Source of the DNA: an uncultured Acidimicrobiia bacterium
GTDB lineage: Bacteria; Actinomycetota; Acidimicrobiia; Acidimicrobiales; AC-14
Length of the DNA stretch: 64,000 nucleotides
Assembly: GCA_963836205.1 (NCBI GenBank)
Contig: CAWIIV010000023.1
Location: forward strand, 64,001-128,000
Direction: 5' to 3'
Positions 10,800 through 20,568 of the stretch are shown one piece after another; within the stretch, counting starts at the first letter, position 1; every line of letters begins with the position of its first letter. Below the pieces are notes generated by a model that worked only from the letters and a program-made list of their open reading frames with translations, searched no databases and was not told where the DNA came from. Both the position numbers and the translations under genes were made by a program.

Positions 10800-11521
10800 C
10801 TCGCCCGTGGCCCCGCCCCGGAAGGGGTGGCAGATGGCGAAGGTGCTCGGGTCGAAGGTGGAGACGGCCCACGCCCGGACGTTCCGCCTCTCGCTGCCCG
10901 GGCGCACGCCTCACCTGCCGGGCCAGCACTACGTCATCCGGTTGACCGGCACCCGACGGGTACACCGCCTCCCGGTCGTACTCGGTGGCCTCGGCTCCGG
11001 ACGGGTCGGACGAGTTCGAGATCACCGTCGAACGATTGGACGAGGGCGAGGTGTCGACCTTCCTCCACGACGTGGTCGAGCCGGGCGACGAGCTCGAGGT
11101 GCGGGGTCCGATCGGGAAGTTCTTCGTGTGGGATGGCGAGTCGCCCGCCCTTCTCGTGGGCGGCGGCTCGGGCGTCGTGCCGCTGATGGCGATGCTCCGC
11201 CACGCCCGCCGCACCGGGAAGTCCGACCGGGTGCGGCTGGTGATGTCCGTCCGCTCCGCCGACGACCTCCCCTACGCGGCCGAGCTCCCCGGCCCCGAGA
11301 CGACCATCGTCTACACGCGGGTGGCGCCCGAGGGCGACACCCGTCCACCCGGACGGGTCTCGATGGATGACCTGGCCCCATCGGTCGAGGCCGTCGGCCC
11401 CGGCGCCGCCGTCTTCGTGTGCGGGTCGGCCGGCTTCTGCGACTCGATGACTGACCTGCTGCGCCAGGCAGGCGTCCCCGTCGAACGCATCAAGGTCGAA
11501 CGCTTCGGCCCGACCCGATAG
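10792..11521 (+). CDS. Ferredoxin-NAD(P) reductase-like FAD/NAD-binding oxidoreductase, one frameshift near 10950
   Basis: PGQHYVIRLT then, after a +1 indel, APDGYTASRSYSVAS, GGGSGVVPL, FVCGSAGF, ERFGPT. Confidence 0.85.
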
Positions 11522-11533
11522 CCGGTCGTCCAG

Positions 11534-12985
11534 CTACCCCGCGGTTCGGAGGACGACGGGTTCGTAGTGGTGGCCGGCGAGCCAGGGCGGGGCGACCTGC
11601 TGGTAGAACTCGACCGGCACGGTGCCGGAGTCCCACTTGTTGAAGCTCCAGTCCCACTGCTTCTGCAGGTGACGGGTGTCGAGCAGGGCCCGGCCGTTGT
11701 TGATGTCGACCAGTTCGGCGATGAGCTCGGGCTCACACGGCGGCAGCTCCAGGCGGCCGTGGGCGGCGAACTCCTCCGGGAAGTGCTTGACGATGCTGCC
11801 GATCACGACCTGCTGTTGGGTGGCCAGGTAGCACCGCGACCGGTCGGCCACCGTGGTCAGCCGGTGCCGGACCACGTCGTAGTCGTGGGTGCGCCCCTCG
11901 ACCGATGCCAGCCGGGCGAGCGACTTCGACAGCGTGATCCCGTCCAGCTTGCAGGGCGAGCACTGCCCGCACGACTCGACGGCGAGGAAACGGGCCACGC
12001 CCGCGGCCACCGACGTCATGTCGGTCTCGTCGTCGAACACGATGAAGCCGGCCGAGCCCATGCCGCTGCCGATGGCGTTCAGGTTCTCGTAGGTCACCGG
12101 CGTGTCGAGGCCCTCGGCGGTGATGATCCCGTTGGCCACGCCCGACAGCACCGCCTTGATCGTCCGCCCCGGCCGGGGCCCGCCGCCGATGGCCTCGATC
12201 ACCTCACGCAGCGGCGTGCCCATCTGGACCTCGCCCACGCCGTGGCGCTGCGTGCGGCCGGTGATGGTGCACACGATCGTCCCCGGCGACTCGGCGGTGC
12301 CCATGGTGCGGAACCAGTCGGGGCCCCGGCCGACGATCCGGGCGACGTTGGCCAGGGTCTCGGTGTTGTTGACCAGGGCCGGCTCACTGGGGGCGTCGTC
12401 GGGTAGGGGGCCCCGGCGCAGGCCGCGGCGGAAGGTGGGGACGATGCGGGGGAAGGGCCAGCGGCCGTCGATGGTCTCCAGCAGCGCGCTCTCCTCGCCG
12501 TAGAGGTACTCGTCGGGACCCTCGAAGACCACGACCTCCACGCCCTCGTTCCAGCCCGCATCCTCGACGTCCTCGATCGCCTCCCGCACCCGGTCGATCT
12601 CGCCCTCGAATGACTCTTTGGTGGCGACGACCACCAGGTCGGCCCCTACCGCCCGGGCCGCGATGAGGGCGCCCTCGATGACGACGTAGGGGTTCCGGCG
12701 CAGGATGGTGCGGTCCTTGAACGTGCCCGGCTCGCCCTCGGCGGCGTTGACGATGACCGTCGACGGGGCCGACGGCGAGTGGTTGGCCGCCACCGTCTGC
12801 CACTTACGGCCGGTGGGAAATCCGGCCCCGCCCCGGCCCCGCAGGCCGGACGCCAGGACCCGCTCGACGATGGCCTCCGGGGCCATCTCCCGAGCCGCCA
12901 AGATGCCCGTGCCTCCTCCCCGCGTGAGGTATTCCTGGAGGGACATGATCGGCGACGGGTACAGCACCCGGTGGACGAGCGTCAT
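11534..12985 (-). CDS. Standalone NuoF-like flavoprotein (FMN and 4Fe-4S)
   Basis: SGLRGRGGAGFPTGRKW, NAAEGEPGTFKDR, YLYGEESAL, ESCGQCSPC. Confidence 0.88.
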   Translation of the reverse strand: MTLVHRVLYPSPIMSLQEYLTRGGGTGILAAREMAPEAIVERVLASGLRGRGGAGFPTGRKWQTVAANHSPSAPSTVIVNAAEGEPGTFKDRTILRRNPYVVIEGALIAARAVGADLVVVATKESFEGEIDRVREAIEDVEDAGWNEGVEVVVFEGPDEYLYGEESALLETIDGRWPFPRIVPTFRRGLRRGPLPDDAPSEPALVNNTETLANVARIVGRGPDWFRTMGTAESPGTIVCTITGRTQRHGVGEVQMGTPLREVIEAIGGGPRPGRTIKAVLSGVANGIITAEGLDTPVTYENLNAIGSGMGSAGFIVFDDETDMTSVAAGVARFLAVESCGQCSPCKLDGITLSKSLARLASVEGRTHDYDVVRHRLTTVADRSRCYLATQQQVVIGSIVKHFPEEFAAHGRLELPPCEPELIAELVDINNGRALLDTRHLQKQWDWSFNKWDSGTVPVEFYQQVAPPWLAGHHYEPVVLRTAG

Positions 12986-13061
12986 GCCCGCGAGTCTACT
13001 CCCGGTTGTGAATGTGTTCACAATCACGAAACCGACGATTTTCGGCGGCTACGGTAGACGC

Positions 13062-13463
13062 ATGGAGATCGGACCCCTCACCACCCGCGCCGTCCTGACC
13101 ATCGAGGAGGACGACAGCCTCCGGGATGCCGCCGTCAGCATGGTGGAACGGGGGGTCGGGTCGGCGGTCGTGGTCGCCGGCGGGAAGCCGGTCGGCATCG
13201 TCACCGACCGCGACGTGATGCGAGCCTACGCCCAGGGGGGCGACGGGTCGAAGCGGAAGGTTACCGACTACCTGTCCCGCCGACTGCTCTCGGCGCCGCC
13301 GACGATGTCGGTCGGGGCCGCGGCCCAGATCATGCGCGACCGGGGCTTCCGCCATCTGGTGGTGGTCGACGACGCCGGCGCCCTCGTCGGCGTGTTCTCC
13401 ATGCGTGACCTGGTGGTCGGCCTCCTCCAGGAGCTCCAGGCCACCGCCGGCGCCCCCGCCTAA
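13062..13463 (+). CDS. CBS domain protein
   Basis: VGIVTDRDV and FRHLVVVD..LVGVFSMRDL CBS pair. Confidence 0.85.
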   Translation: MEIGPLTTRAVLTIEEDDSLRDAAVSMVERGVGSAVVVAGGKPVGIVTDRDVMRAYAQGGDGSKRKVTDYLSRRLLSAPPTMSVGAAAQIMRDRGFRHLVVVDDAGALVGVFSMRDLVVGLLQELQATAGAPA

Positions 13464-14143
13464 CGGGCGGGTGGAGACCCCAACCGCCGGCTGAGAGGCA
13501 CCCTCCCCGGGCGCCGGGTGTCGGCCAGGCGCAGGTGGAGGACGATGGCGACGCTGGCGACGGCGGCCCACATGCACCACAGGGAGATGAACGCGCTCTT
13601 CCACAGCCAGGCCAAGCCGCAGCCGACGACCAGGTTGGCGATCCCGAACCAGCGCACGTGCCGATACCGGGACGCCAGGGTCGGGCCGCAGGTGGCCACC
13701 GCGTAGAGTGCGACGACCACGCCGCCGTGCCACAGGTCGACCGTGTAGTCGACGTGCAGGTTGCGGATCTGGGCCTCGACCGGCCCCCGCACGACCGCGT
13801 ACATCAGGACGAGGGACGCCGCCGCGCCGACGAGCACGAACCCGCGCACCAGCCGGCGGCGGGGGGGAGGTTCGAGCACACCGACCGCGATCGGCACGAG
13901 CACCGGGAACACACCGAAGGCGACGGCCAGATAGACGCCGAGGGCGGGACGCCACACCTCCTCCGCGACCTGGCCCTGGAGGCCCAGCCAGACCACGGCC
14001 TCCACCAGCTGGTGGGCGGCCAGGACGAGCGGGAGGGACGCCAGCCACAGCTCCGCCGGGCGACGCACGTGACGAAGGCCGTCGAGACCGATGGCGCCGA
14101 TGACGACGCCCGCCACCACGTCGGCCTCGGCCGAGAAGCACAT
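13460..14143 (-). CDS. Membrane protein (DUF6629-like)
   Basis: MCFSAEAD N-terminus, HQLVEA, FISLWC; several hydrophobic segments. Confidence 0.7.
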   Translation of the reverse strand: MCFSAEADVVAGVVIGAIGLDGLRHVRRPAELWLASLPLVLAAHQLVEAVVWLGLQGQVAEEVWRPALGVYLAVAFGVFPVLVPIAVGVLEPPPRRRLVRGFVLVGAAASLVLMYAVVRGPVEAQIRNLHVDYTVDLWHGGVVVALYAVATCGPTLASRYRHVRWFGIANLVVGCGLAWLWKSAFISLWCMWAAVASVAIVLHLRLADTRRPGRVPLSRRLGSPPAR

Positions 14144-14210
14144 GGCCCTCTCCCTCGTATCGAGGTGGGAGTCAGGGCCAGGGGATTCGAGCGGTGGCTC
14201 CGGTCCAATT

Positions 14211-15089
14211 TTACGCCCGGATCGACCCCATTCGGGTCACCAATCCGACCAGACGGCGATGGGCGTCGTCGGGATCAAGCCCGACCCGGGCACCGTGGCC
14301 GGGCAGGACCCAGGAGAACGACACCGTGTCCGCCAGCCGGGCCAGCGACCGGGTCTGGGCGGTCCAGGAGTACCAGCAAGCGTCGCGGAACGCGACCAGG
14401 TCCTGGCCGCGGTGGCTCCACGCCAGCGAGTCGCCGGTGAACAGCCAGGTGTCGTCGACCGCGAACACGACCGAGCCCCGGGTGTGGCCGGGCACGGGGA
14501 CTGCCACCACGCCCGGTGCGACCACCGCCGCCGCCTCCCCCCGGAGCAGGTCGGTCGCCCCGGGAGCGGCCGACGCGTCGGCCTCGTGGATCCACATGCG
14601 AGCGCCGTAGCGCTCGGCCCATCGGGGAGCGTCGGCCACGTCGTCGCGGTGGGTGAGGAGCACGTGGGCCACCCCGCCGAGGGCGTCGATGGGGCCGGTG
14701 AGCGACCGGGTGTAGCGGGGGGCGTCGACCATGAGGTTCCCGTCGGGCCGCAGCACGAGGTAGCTGGTGGCCCCGAACGAGTCCTCGGACGTGTGGCCCA
14801 GGTCGTACACCGGGCCGTCGACGTGGAGCGGGTAGAGCCCCGGAGGACGGGGCGTCCGGGGGGTCCGCCCGATCGACTGGGTCGGGCACGCCTCCGCCGC
14901 CAGCCAGGCCCGGTGTTCCCCGTCGGGCCCGGCGGGCTGCACCGCCACGATCGACTGGTCGCCGCCGCCCGCGACCGCCGCGAACAGCTCGGGGACGAGG
15001 TCGCGGCACGTCCCGCAGTCGATGCACCGGGTGTCGACGAACCAGGCGCCCTCGGCGTTGCGGGGATCCCGCTGGTCGATCCGGGCCAT
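14211..15089 (-). CDS. MBL-fold metallo-hydrolase with N-terminal ferredoxin
   Basis: CIDCGTC..ACPTQSI; THRDDVAD, PGHTRGS, FTGDSL, LPGHG. Confidence 0.88.
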   Translation of the reverse strand: MARIDQRDPRNAEGAWFVDTRCIDCGTCRDLVPELFAAVAGGGDQSIVAVQPAGPDGEHRAWLAAEACPTQSIGRTPRTPRPPGLYPLHVDGPVYDLGHTSEDSFGATSYLVLRPDGNLMVDAPRYTRSLTGPIDALGGVAHVLLTHRDDVADAPRWAERYGARMWIHEADASAAPGATDLLRGEAAAVVAPGVVAVPVPGHTRGSVVFAVDDTWLFTGDSLAWSHRGQDLVAFRDACWYSWTAQTRSLARLADTVSFSWVLPGHGARVGLDPDDAHRRLVGLVTRMGSIRA

Positions 15090-15167
15090 CGCCCCCACGG
15101 TACGACTCCGGTGCCGGCTCCACGGTCGCCGCCGACCGATCGCCGAGCGGGCGGGCAGACTGCACGG

Positions 15168-15689
15168 GTGCGGATCCTCCTCGTCTCGGGCAGCACGAGG
15201 AGGGGGTCGACCAACACCGCCGCCCTCCGCACCGTGCAGGAAGAAGCGCCCGACGGGGTCACCGCCGTCCTGTACGAGGGGCTGGCCGACCTGCCCCCCT
15301 TCAACCCGGACGACGACTTCCCTCCCCTCCCCCCGGCCGTGGCCGACCTCCGCCGGCAGCTGGCGGAGGCCGACGGCGTGCTCTTCTGCACCCCCGAGTA
15401 CGCCGGCGCCCTGCCCGGGAGCTTCAAGAACCTGCTCGACTGGACCGTCGGCGGGGCCGAGATGTACGGCAAGCCGGTGGCCTGGATCAACGTGGCCGCC
15501 GAGGGACGCGGCCGGCACGCCCACGCGTCCCTCGCCACCGTCCTCGGCTACGTGGGCGCGGCCATCGTCGAGCCTGCCTGCGCGGCGGTGCCGGTGCCCC
15601 GCGACGCCCTCGGGCCAGACGGTGCCGTGGTCGACCCCCCGGTGCGGGCCGCCCTCGCCGGCGTGGTCCGCCGCTTCGCCGAGCACTGA
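15168..15689 (+). CDS. NADPH-dependent FMN reductase
   Basis: SGSTRRGSTN, TPEYAGALPGSFKNLLDW. Confidence 0.9.
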   Translation: MRILLVSGSTRRGSTNTAALRTVQEEAPDGVTAVLYEGLADLPPFNPDDDFPPLPPAVADLRRQLAEADGVLFCTPEYAGALPGSFKNLLDWTVGGAEMYGKPVAWINVAAEGRGRHAHASLATVLGYVGAAIVEPACAAVPVPRDALGPDGAVVDPPVRAALAGVVRRFAEH

Positions 15690-15757
15690 TCGCGACACCG
15701 ATGAGTTCCGGCGGGCACCGGCGTTACACGTGGCATCCGACCAAGGAGAAACGACAA

Positions 15758-16171
15758 ATGGACTTCCGACTCGAGCTGGTGATCATCCCCGTCACCGACG
15801 TGGACCGGGCCAAGGCCTTCTACGTCGACAACCTCGGCTTCTCCCTCGACGTCGACCACAACGTCAGCGAGGAGTTCCGGGTCGTCCAGATGACGCCGCC
15901 CGGCTCGGCCTGCTCGATCACCATCGGCAAAGGCATGAGCGACGCCGCCCCCGGCTCCTACCGGGGCACCCACCTGGTCGTCGACGACATCGAGGGGGCC
16001 CGGGCCGAGCTGGTCGAACGGGGCGTCGACGTGAGCGACATCCGCCACTTCGGCGGGGCGGGCTGGGAGCCGGGTCCCGACCCCGAGCGCCGCAAGTACA
16101 ACTCGTTCGCCGACTTCCGCGACCCCGACGGCAACTCATGGGTCCTCCAGGAGGCGAGGCGGGCCGAATGA
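15758..16171 (+). CDS. VOC/glyoxalase family protein
   Basis: IPVTDVDRAKAFY, FRDPDGNSWVLQE; AAGGAG RBS. Confidence 0.9.
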   Translation: MDFRLELVIIPVTDVDRAKAFYVDNLGFSLDVDHNVSEEFRVVQMTPPGSACSITIGKGMSDAAPGSYRGTHLVVDDIEGARAELVERGVDVSDIRHFGGAGWEPGPDPERRKYNSFADFRDPDGNSWVLQEARRAE

Positions 16172-17130
16172 GCCGGGCGGGGGTCCTGGGCGACGAGGCC
16201 TCGTTCGCCGCCCTCGCCGAGCGCCACCGGCGGGAGTTGCATGTCCACTGCTATCGCATGCTGGCCTCGTTCGACGAGGCCGAGGACGCGGTGCAGGAGA
16301 CGTTGCTGCGGGCGTGGCGGGGCCGGGAGGGCTTCGGCGGGGCCTCGTTGGCCCGGGCCTGGCTGTACCGGATCGCCACCAACGTGTGCCTCGACCTGCT
16401 CCGGCGCCGGTCGCGGCGGCTGACCGCCGTCCCGTCGCTCGCCGAGGTGCCGTGGCTCCAGCCCTACCCCGACCGCCTGCTCGACGAGGCCGGGCCCGGC
16501 CCCGACCAGCCCGACGCCGTCGCCGTCGACCGGGAGACGATCGAGCTGACCTTTCTCGCCGCCATGCAGGTGCTTCCGCCCCGGCAAAGGGCCGTCCTGA
16601 TCCTCCGGGACGTGCTTGGGTGGCCGGCGAGCGAGGCGGCCGCGCTGCTGGAAACGAGCGTCGCCGCCGCCAACAGCGCCCTCCAGCGGGCCCGGGTGAC
16701 CATGCAGGCCCACCTGCCCGAGCGGCGGACGGAGTGGTCGGCGGGCGTCCGAACCACCGAGGAGCGAGCCCTGCTCGAGCGGTTCATCGACGCCCACCAG
16801 CGCTGCGACGCGGCGGCCGCCATCGCCATCGCGGCGGAGGACATCCGGGTCACGATGCCGCCGAACCCGCACCGCTTCGAGGGGCTGGCCATGGTCGCCG
16901 CCCTCGTCGAGCGGGCGTTTGCGGAGGACACCCGCGACGGTGACTGGCGGCTGGTGCCGACGTCGGCCAACCGCATGCCCACCGCCGCCAGCTACCTGCG
17001 CCGGCCGGGCGACTCCGAGTTCCGGGCCTTCAAGCTCGACGTCCTCCGCATCCGCGACGGAGCCATCGCCGAGATCACCACGTTCGGCCCGTCGCTGTTC
17101 GAGGACTTCGGACTATCGCCGACGGCGTGA
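16168..17130 (+). CDS. ECF sigma factor with C-terminal SnoaL-like extension (SigG-like)
   Basis: HCYRMLASFDEAEDAVQETLLRAW, WLYRIATN, LPPRQRAVLILRDVLGW. Confidence 0.9.
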   Translation: MSRAGVLGDEASFAALAERHRRELHVHCYRMLASFDEAEDAVQETLLRAWRGREGFGGASLARAWLYRIATNVCLDLLRRRSRRLTAVPSLAEVPWLQPYPDRLLDEAGPGPDQPDAVAVDRETIELTFLAAMQVLPPRQRAVLILRDVLGWPASEAAALLETSVAAANSALQRARVTMQAHLPERRTEWSAGVRTTEERALLERFIDAHQRCDAAAAIAIAAEDIRVTMPPNPHRFEGLAMVAALVERAFAEDTRDGDWRLVPTSANRMPTAASYLRRPGDSEFRAFKLDVLRIRDGAIAEITTFGPSLFEDFGLSPTA

Positions 17131-17154
17131 GGGTCTGGCCGACCTGCCTTCTCT

Positions 17155-17364
17155 CTACGACGCGGCCGACCTCACGTGGTGGGCCTCGTCGAGGAGCTTG
17201 GCGATGTCGGCCCGGAGGAATCGGCGGTGGCCGCCGAGGGTCGTGATGTGCGAGATGCGTCCCTCGTCGGCCCACCGGCTCACCGTGCGGGGCGTGACGC
17301 ACAGGAGGTGGGCGACATCGCGCGGGGTCAGGTAGTCGGCGGCGAGAGTCTCGGGTGTGGACAT
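17155..17364 (-). CDS. BldC-like small HTH DNA-binding protein
   Basis: LTPRDVAHLLCVTPRTVSRWADEGRISHITTLGGHRRF matches the BldC/MerR-like pattern. Confidence 0.8.
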   Translation of the reverse strand: MSTPETLAADYLTPRDVAHLLCVTPRTVSRWADEGRISHITTLGGHRRFLRADIAKLLDEAHHVRSAAS

Positions 17365-17742
17365 TGCTGGGAATCCCTCGGTTTCGTCGTACTGGCGAGG
17401 ACTGGTCGAGCGGCTCGCTTTTGCACCGCGATGTTGTTTCGGCCGATCGACCCCGTGGCGTAGGGCAAACCCGAGAAATGATCTGAATTACCCAAACTCT
17501 CGGGTCGTCGTCCGCGACCCTTCGGGGCGAGGCGTGGGACCGGAGGGCGGCGACCCGGTCCAGTCGGCTTCGGGAAAACCCGTCGCCGGTCCTCGGCCGC
17601 GGGATCGCCTCCGGCCTTCTCCAGGTCGCCGATCGCTGAGGGTGTGCGCCACCGTTCGCAACGCCGGTCCGTCCCCCCGCTCGCCGCCAGTGGGACCGAA
17701 CCGGGGTGGGCTCGTCGAGCCTCCGGCTGCGTCTTGCTGCAC

Positions 17743-18552
17743 TCAGCCGAAGAGAGCGGGGATCGCCCAGACGCAGGGGTAGGTCGCCGGGAAGGCCCAC
17801 AGGAAGCCGTTGAGCCCCATGAGGAAGGCGCACGCAACGTGGAACGCGAATGCCGCGCCGAGGGTCGCGGCGACGAGCGGCCGCGGGCCGAGGACGAGCA
17901 GCGCGAAGGGCACCTCGACGAGGAGGACGGCCGCGGTCGCAGCACGGGTCATCCGTGGTCGAGCTCGGAGGAAGTCGGCGGCGCGAGCGTGGCCATGTCC
18001 GTAGGTGTCGAGGACCTGGGCGACCGCGACACCGCTTCGCCACAGGGGTGAGACGAGCTTGGCCACGCCGGCCGTCGTGTAGGACAGAGCTGCCTGGGCG
18101 GCGAGGAAGGCCACAGCCATGGCGATGCGAGCCGGCTGGGGACTCGGCAGCACGGCCGCCGCTGTTGCGGCGACGATGAGCGTGGACATCTGCTCGGCGC
18201 CGTCGCCCCCCAGGACCCGCCGGCGATGCAGCGTGATCAGGGTCACGAGACTGACACCGACGGCGGCTCTGCCCAGCGCCGTGTAGGGACCGGCGCCGAG
18301 GACGACCGCACTGGCGAGAAGTTGTGTCGCGGCGAGGGCGACGACGACGGCAGGGGGCCGGAGCACTGCGGGAAGCGCGTTCCCCCGCACCGCCAACACC
18401 ATCGTCGGACCGAAGATGCCGTCGTCGGCATAGGACCGCCGGTCGGCGATGACCTCGAGCGCGGTCAGGCAGAGACCGGCAGAGGCGATTCGGACCGAGA
18501 CATCGAGCGCGGTGGAAAGCGCGTCAGCATCCATTGTCCCCGCCGGCAGCAT
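17743..18552 (-). CDS. HTTM-like (SdpB-like) integral membrane protein
   Basis: GGDGAEQM, YTTAGVAKL..PLWRSG, FHVACAFLMGLNGFLWAF; multiple TM segments. Confidence 0.72.
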   Translation of the reverse strand: MLPAGTMDADALSTALDVSVRIASAGLCLTALEVIADRRSYADDGIFGPTMVLAVRGNALPAVLRPPAVVVALAATQLLASAVVLGAGPYTALGRAAVGVSLVTLITLHRRRVLGGDGAEQMSTLIVAATAAAVLPSPQPARIAMAVAFLAAQAALSYTTAGVAKLVSPLWRSGVAVAQVLDTYGHGHARAADFLRARPRMTRAATAAVLLVEVPFALLVLGPRPLVAATLGAAFAFHVACAFLMGLNGFLWAFPATYPCVWAIPALFG

Positions 18553-19060
18553 GCCAGCCGGACAGATACACGATCCGGAGGGATCGGGATTCGCCGTGGC
18601 CGTTCGACGCGACCACCGCGAATTGCCGCTTGGCGCCTTCCGCAGCGGGCTCGATCAGCGACCACCGGAGCAACCCCAGGTACGAGCCGCTGAGCTGCTC
18701 CGCTCCGGGCGCGAAATCTGTGCTTCCCAGGGCGCGAAGGGTTCCGAGGAGGCCGGAGACGAGGTCGCTGAGGGCTTTGCTCCCGTAGCGAGACGGCTGC
18801 CAAAGCCATCGCCACGAACGTTTGGACTCGTCAAGGGCGACGGGGCGCCACCGTCCGGCGACACCGGGCACCACCTCGTCGCGCACCACCAGGTGACGGT
18901 CGTCGCGGCCCGGGTTCGGGGCGAAGAATCGCCAGCGCGGCAGCAAGGCATACCGGTCGTGACGCGAGATCCTCGACCACCGCGGCGGATCGAACTGATG
19001 GACGACGCTGGCAAGGAACCAGAGCGTGAGTACCAGCCCGACAGTGGCAGTCCAGGCCAT
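18524..19060 (-). CDS. SdpA/DUF5819-like partner protein
   Basis: N-terminal TM helix, LLPRWRFFAPNP, WLWQPSRYGSKALSDL; overlaps the HTTM gene start. Confidence 0.68.
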   Translation of the reverse strand: MAWTATVGLVLTLWFLASVVHQFDPPRWSRISRHDRYALLPRWRFFAPNPGRDDRHLVVRDEVVPGVAGRWRPVALDESKRSWRWLWQPSRYGSKALSDLVSGLLGTLRALGSTDFAPGAEQLSGSYLGLLRWSLIEPAAEGAKRQFAVVASNGHGESRSLRIVYLSGWHAAGGDNGC

Positions 19061-19118
19061 CGCGAGGTGGCCGCTCAGCGCCCGCGCTCCGGGATGGCTG
19101 GCGCTTCGGGCGGTCGGA

Positions 19119-19451
19119 TCAGTCTGCCGTCGCGTCCGAGCCGTGGCCGCCCGCCTCGGACGAGCCTTCCTGGACGGCCTGCGAACGCATCTCCATGAGC
19201 TGGCCAAGGGTCGGCGCGCCCTGGAGCTGGCTGGCGAGCTCGCGGATCTGGCCAAGGATCTGGCGGTTGTGTTCGCTGAACTCGATGCCTCCCCGCCCCT
19301 CCATGCGCGTTTCGACCATGGCCATCTGGGCTTCCGCCACGCATTCGTCGTCTTCCAGCCGGTCGTCGAACGTGCGCCCTTTGGACTGCGCGACGGTGAT
19401 GAGCGCGTCGAGCGACGCCAGCTCTGCATGGGTGAGTCGTCCAGACGCCAT
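19119..19451 (-). CDS. Small protein, candidate precursor peptide
   Basis: GGAGG RBS before MASGRLTHAELASLDALI; 110 aa; first gene of a three-gene run. Confidence 0.7.
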   Translation of the reverse strand: MASGRLTHAELASLDALITVAQSKGRTFDDRLEDDECVAEAQMAMVETRMEGRGGIEFSEHNRQILGQIRELASQLQGAPTLGQLMEMRSQAVQEGSSEAGGHGSDATAD

Positions 19452-19746
19452 GTCGTCCTCCCTGTTCGTGGCCGCCGCCCTGTTCGTCTTGAGGAGATGG
19501 ACCAAGCCCGCTCGATTCGCGGGTGTCGAACGATAACGCGATCAGTCTCGGGAGAGCCCGACACCGACGGGTGCCTCGTCGGCATGCGAATGCGGCACTG
19601 ATCGCCGATCGGCCGTAACGCCAACATGGAGTCGGGCGCTGCCGTGCGCCTCGACCGCCGGGACATCAAGCAGTACATCGAGGAGGGCCGCCGGCCCGCC
19701 GCTGAACCGGGTGCCGCGGCGCGAGTCTCGGCACGTCCGACGTGTT

Positions 19747-20065
19747 CACCGATCGGCAGGTTCCGAATCGCCAGCCTCGTCGGACTGAGCGAAACGACGA
19801 CACCCCGGTCGAGGTCGTCGACGATCGCCGGCAGGTTGGCGAGAAGGAGGCCGCCCGTGGTCGTCAGGCGACAACTCCGAAACCCGGCGCAGGAGGATGA
19901 CGGGCGGAAACGGCGCCGCCTAGCGCCAGCAGCATGGAGAAGTCGGTGTCGGCGGTGACGACGACGTAGCCATCGGCGACGGCCCGGTCGAAGATGACCG
20001 GTCCGGAGCGGCAGCAGATCCAGTTCGCCTAAGTGGACGATGTCGTACCCGGCATCGGAGAGCAA
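19747..20065 (-). pseudogene. Degraded DUF5615 PIN toxin, paralogue of 32582..32953
   Basis: AGYDIVHLGELDLL / IFDRAVADGYVVVTADTDFSMLLAL / LLLANLPAIVDDLDRGVVVSLSPTRLAIRNLPIG spread over shifted frames; 5' end missing. Confidence 0.85.
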
Positions 20066-20069
20066 CCCA

Positions 20070-20400
20070 ACGGGACGGGGGAACGTCCTCCTGCTCGGCC
20101 AAGCGTTCGTCGTCCCGCAGCTCGTAGTGGACGTTGAGCGCCGGGCTGCCGTAGGACGGGTACGGGTCGAGGCGGACGCCGTGGTCACGGCACAGCTTGT
20201 GGAAGCGCGGTTGGAGGCCGAGCTCGAAGCGCATCGGTCCCCACTCGGCGGTGAACCGGCCGAGGAAGCGGGACGACTGGATCCGCCCGCCGGCCCGGTC
20301 GAGGGACTCGAGCAAGGTGACGTCGTGGCCCCGGGAAGCCAGTTCGTCGACGCCTACAGCCCGACGATGCCCGCTCCGACAACCACGATGCCCGCCGGCC
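20070..20400 (-). pseudogene. N-terminal fragment of a flavin amine oxidase
   Basis: IVVVGAGIVGL (frameshift) ELASRGHDVTLLE..RAGGRI..AEWGPMRF; truncated. Confidence 0.7.
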
Positions 20401-20508
20401 CGCGCCGAAAACGGCCTGCGGCCGCGTCGTCGGTGGGATAGGCAACCACGGTAGATGGGCGGCAACGGGCCGGCCGTGGATGCGCACGCGAATCGAGAAC
20501 CCCAGGGC

Positions 20509-20536
20509 TTGACACCCCCGGAGACGCCGTGATTGT
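20509..20536 (+). promoter_or_regulatory. Candidate sigma70 promoter
   Basis: TTGACA-N16-GATTGT upstream of the serine hydrolase. Confidence 0.4.
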
Positions 20537-20568
20537 GTCGAGGAAACGGTGGAAGGCGGAGGTGCGGG

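Noticed and set aside
17461-17560. c-di-GMP-I riboswitch (GGGCAAACC)
   Set aside because: Lacks the following GAAA..GACGCAAAG and P2 elements, and faces away from the adjacent gene start
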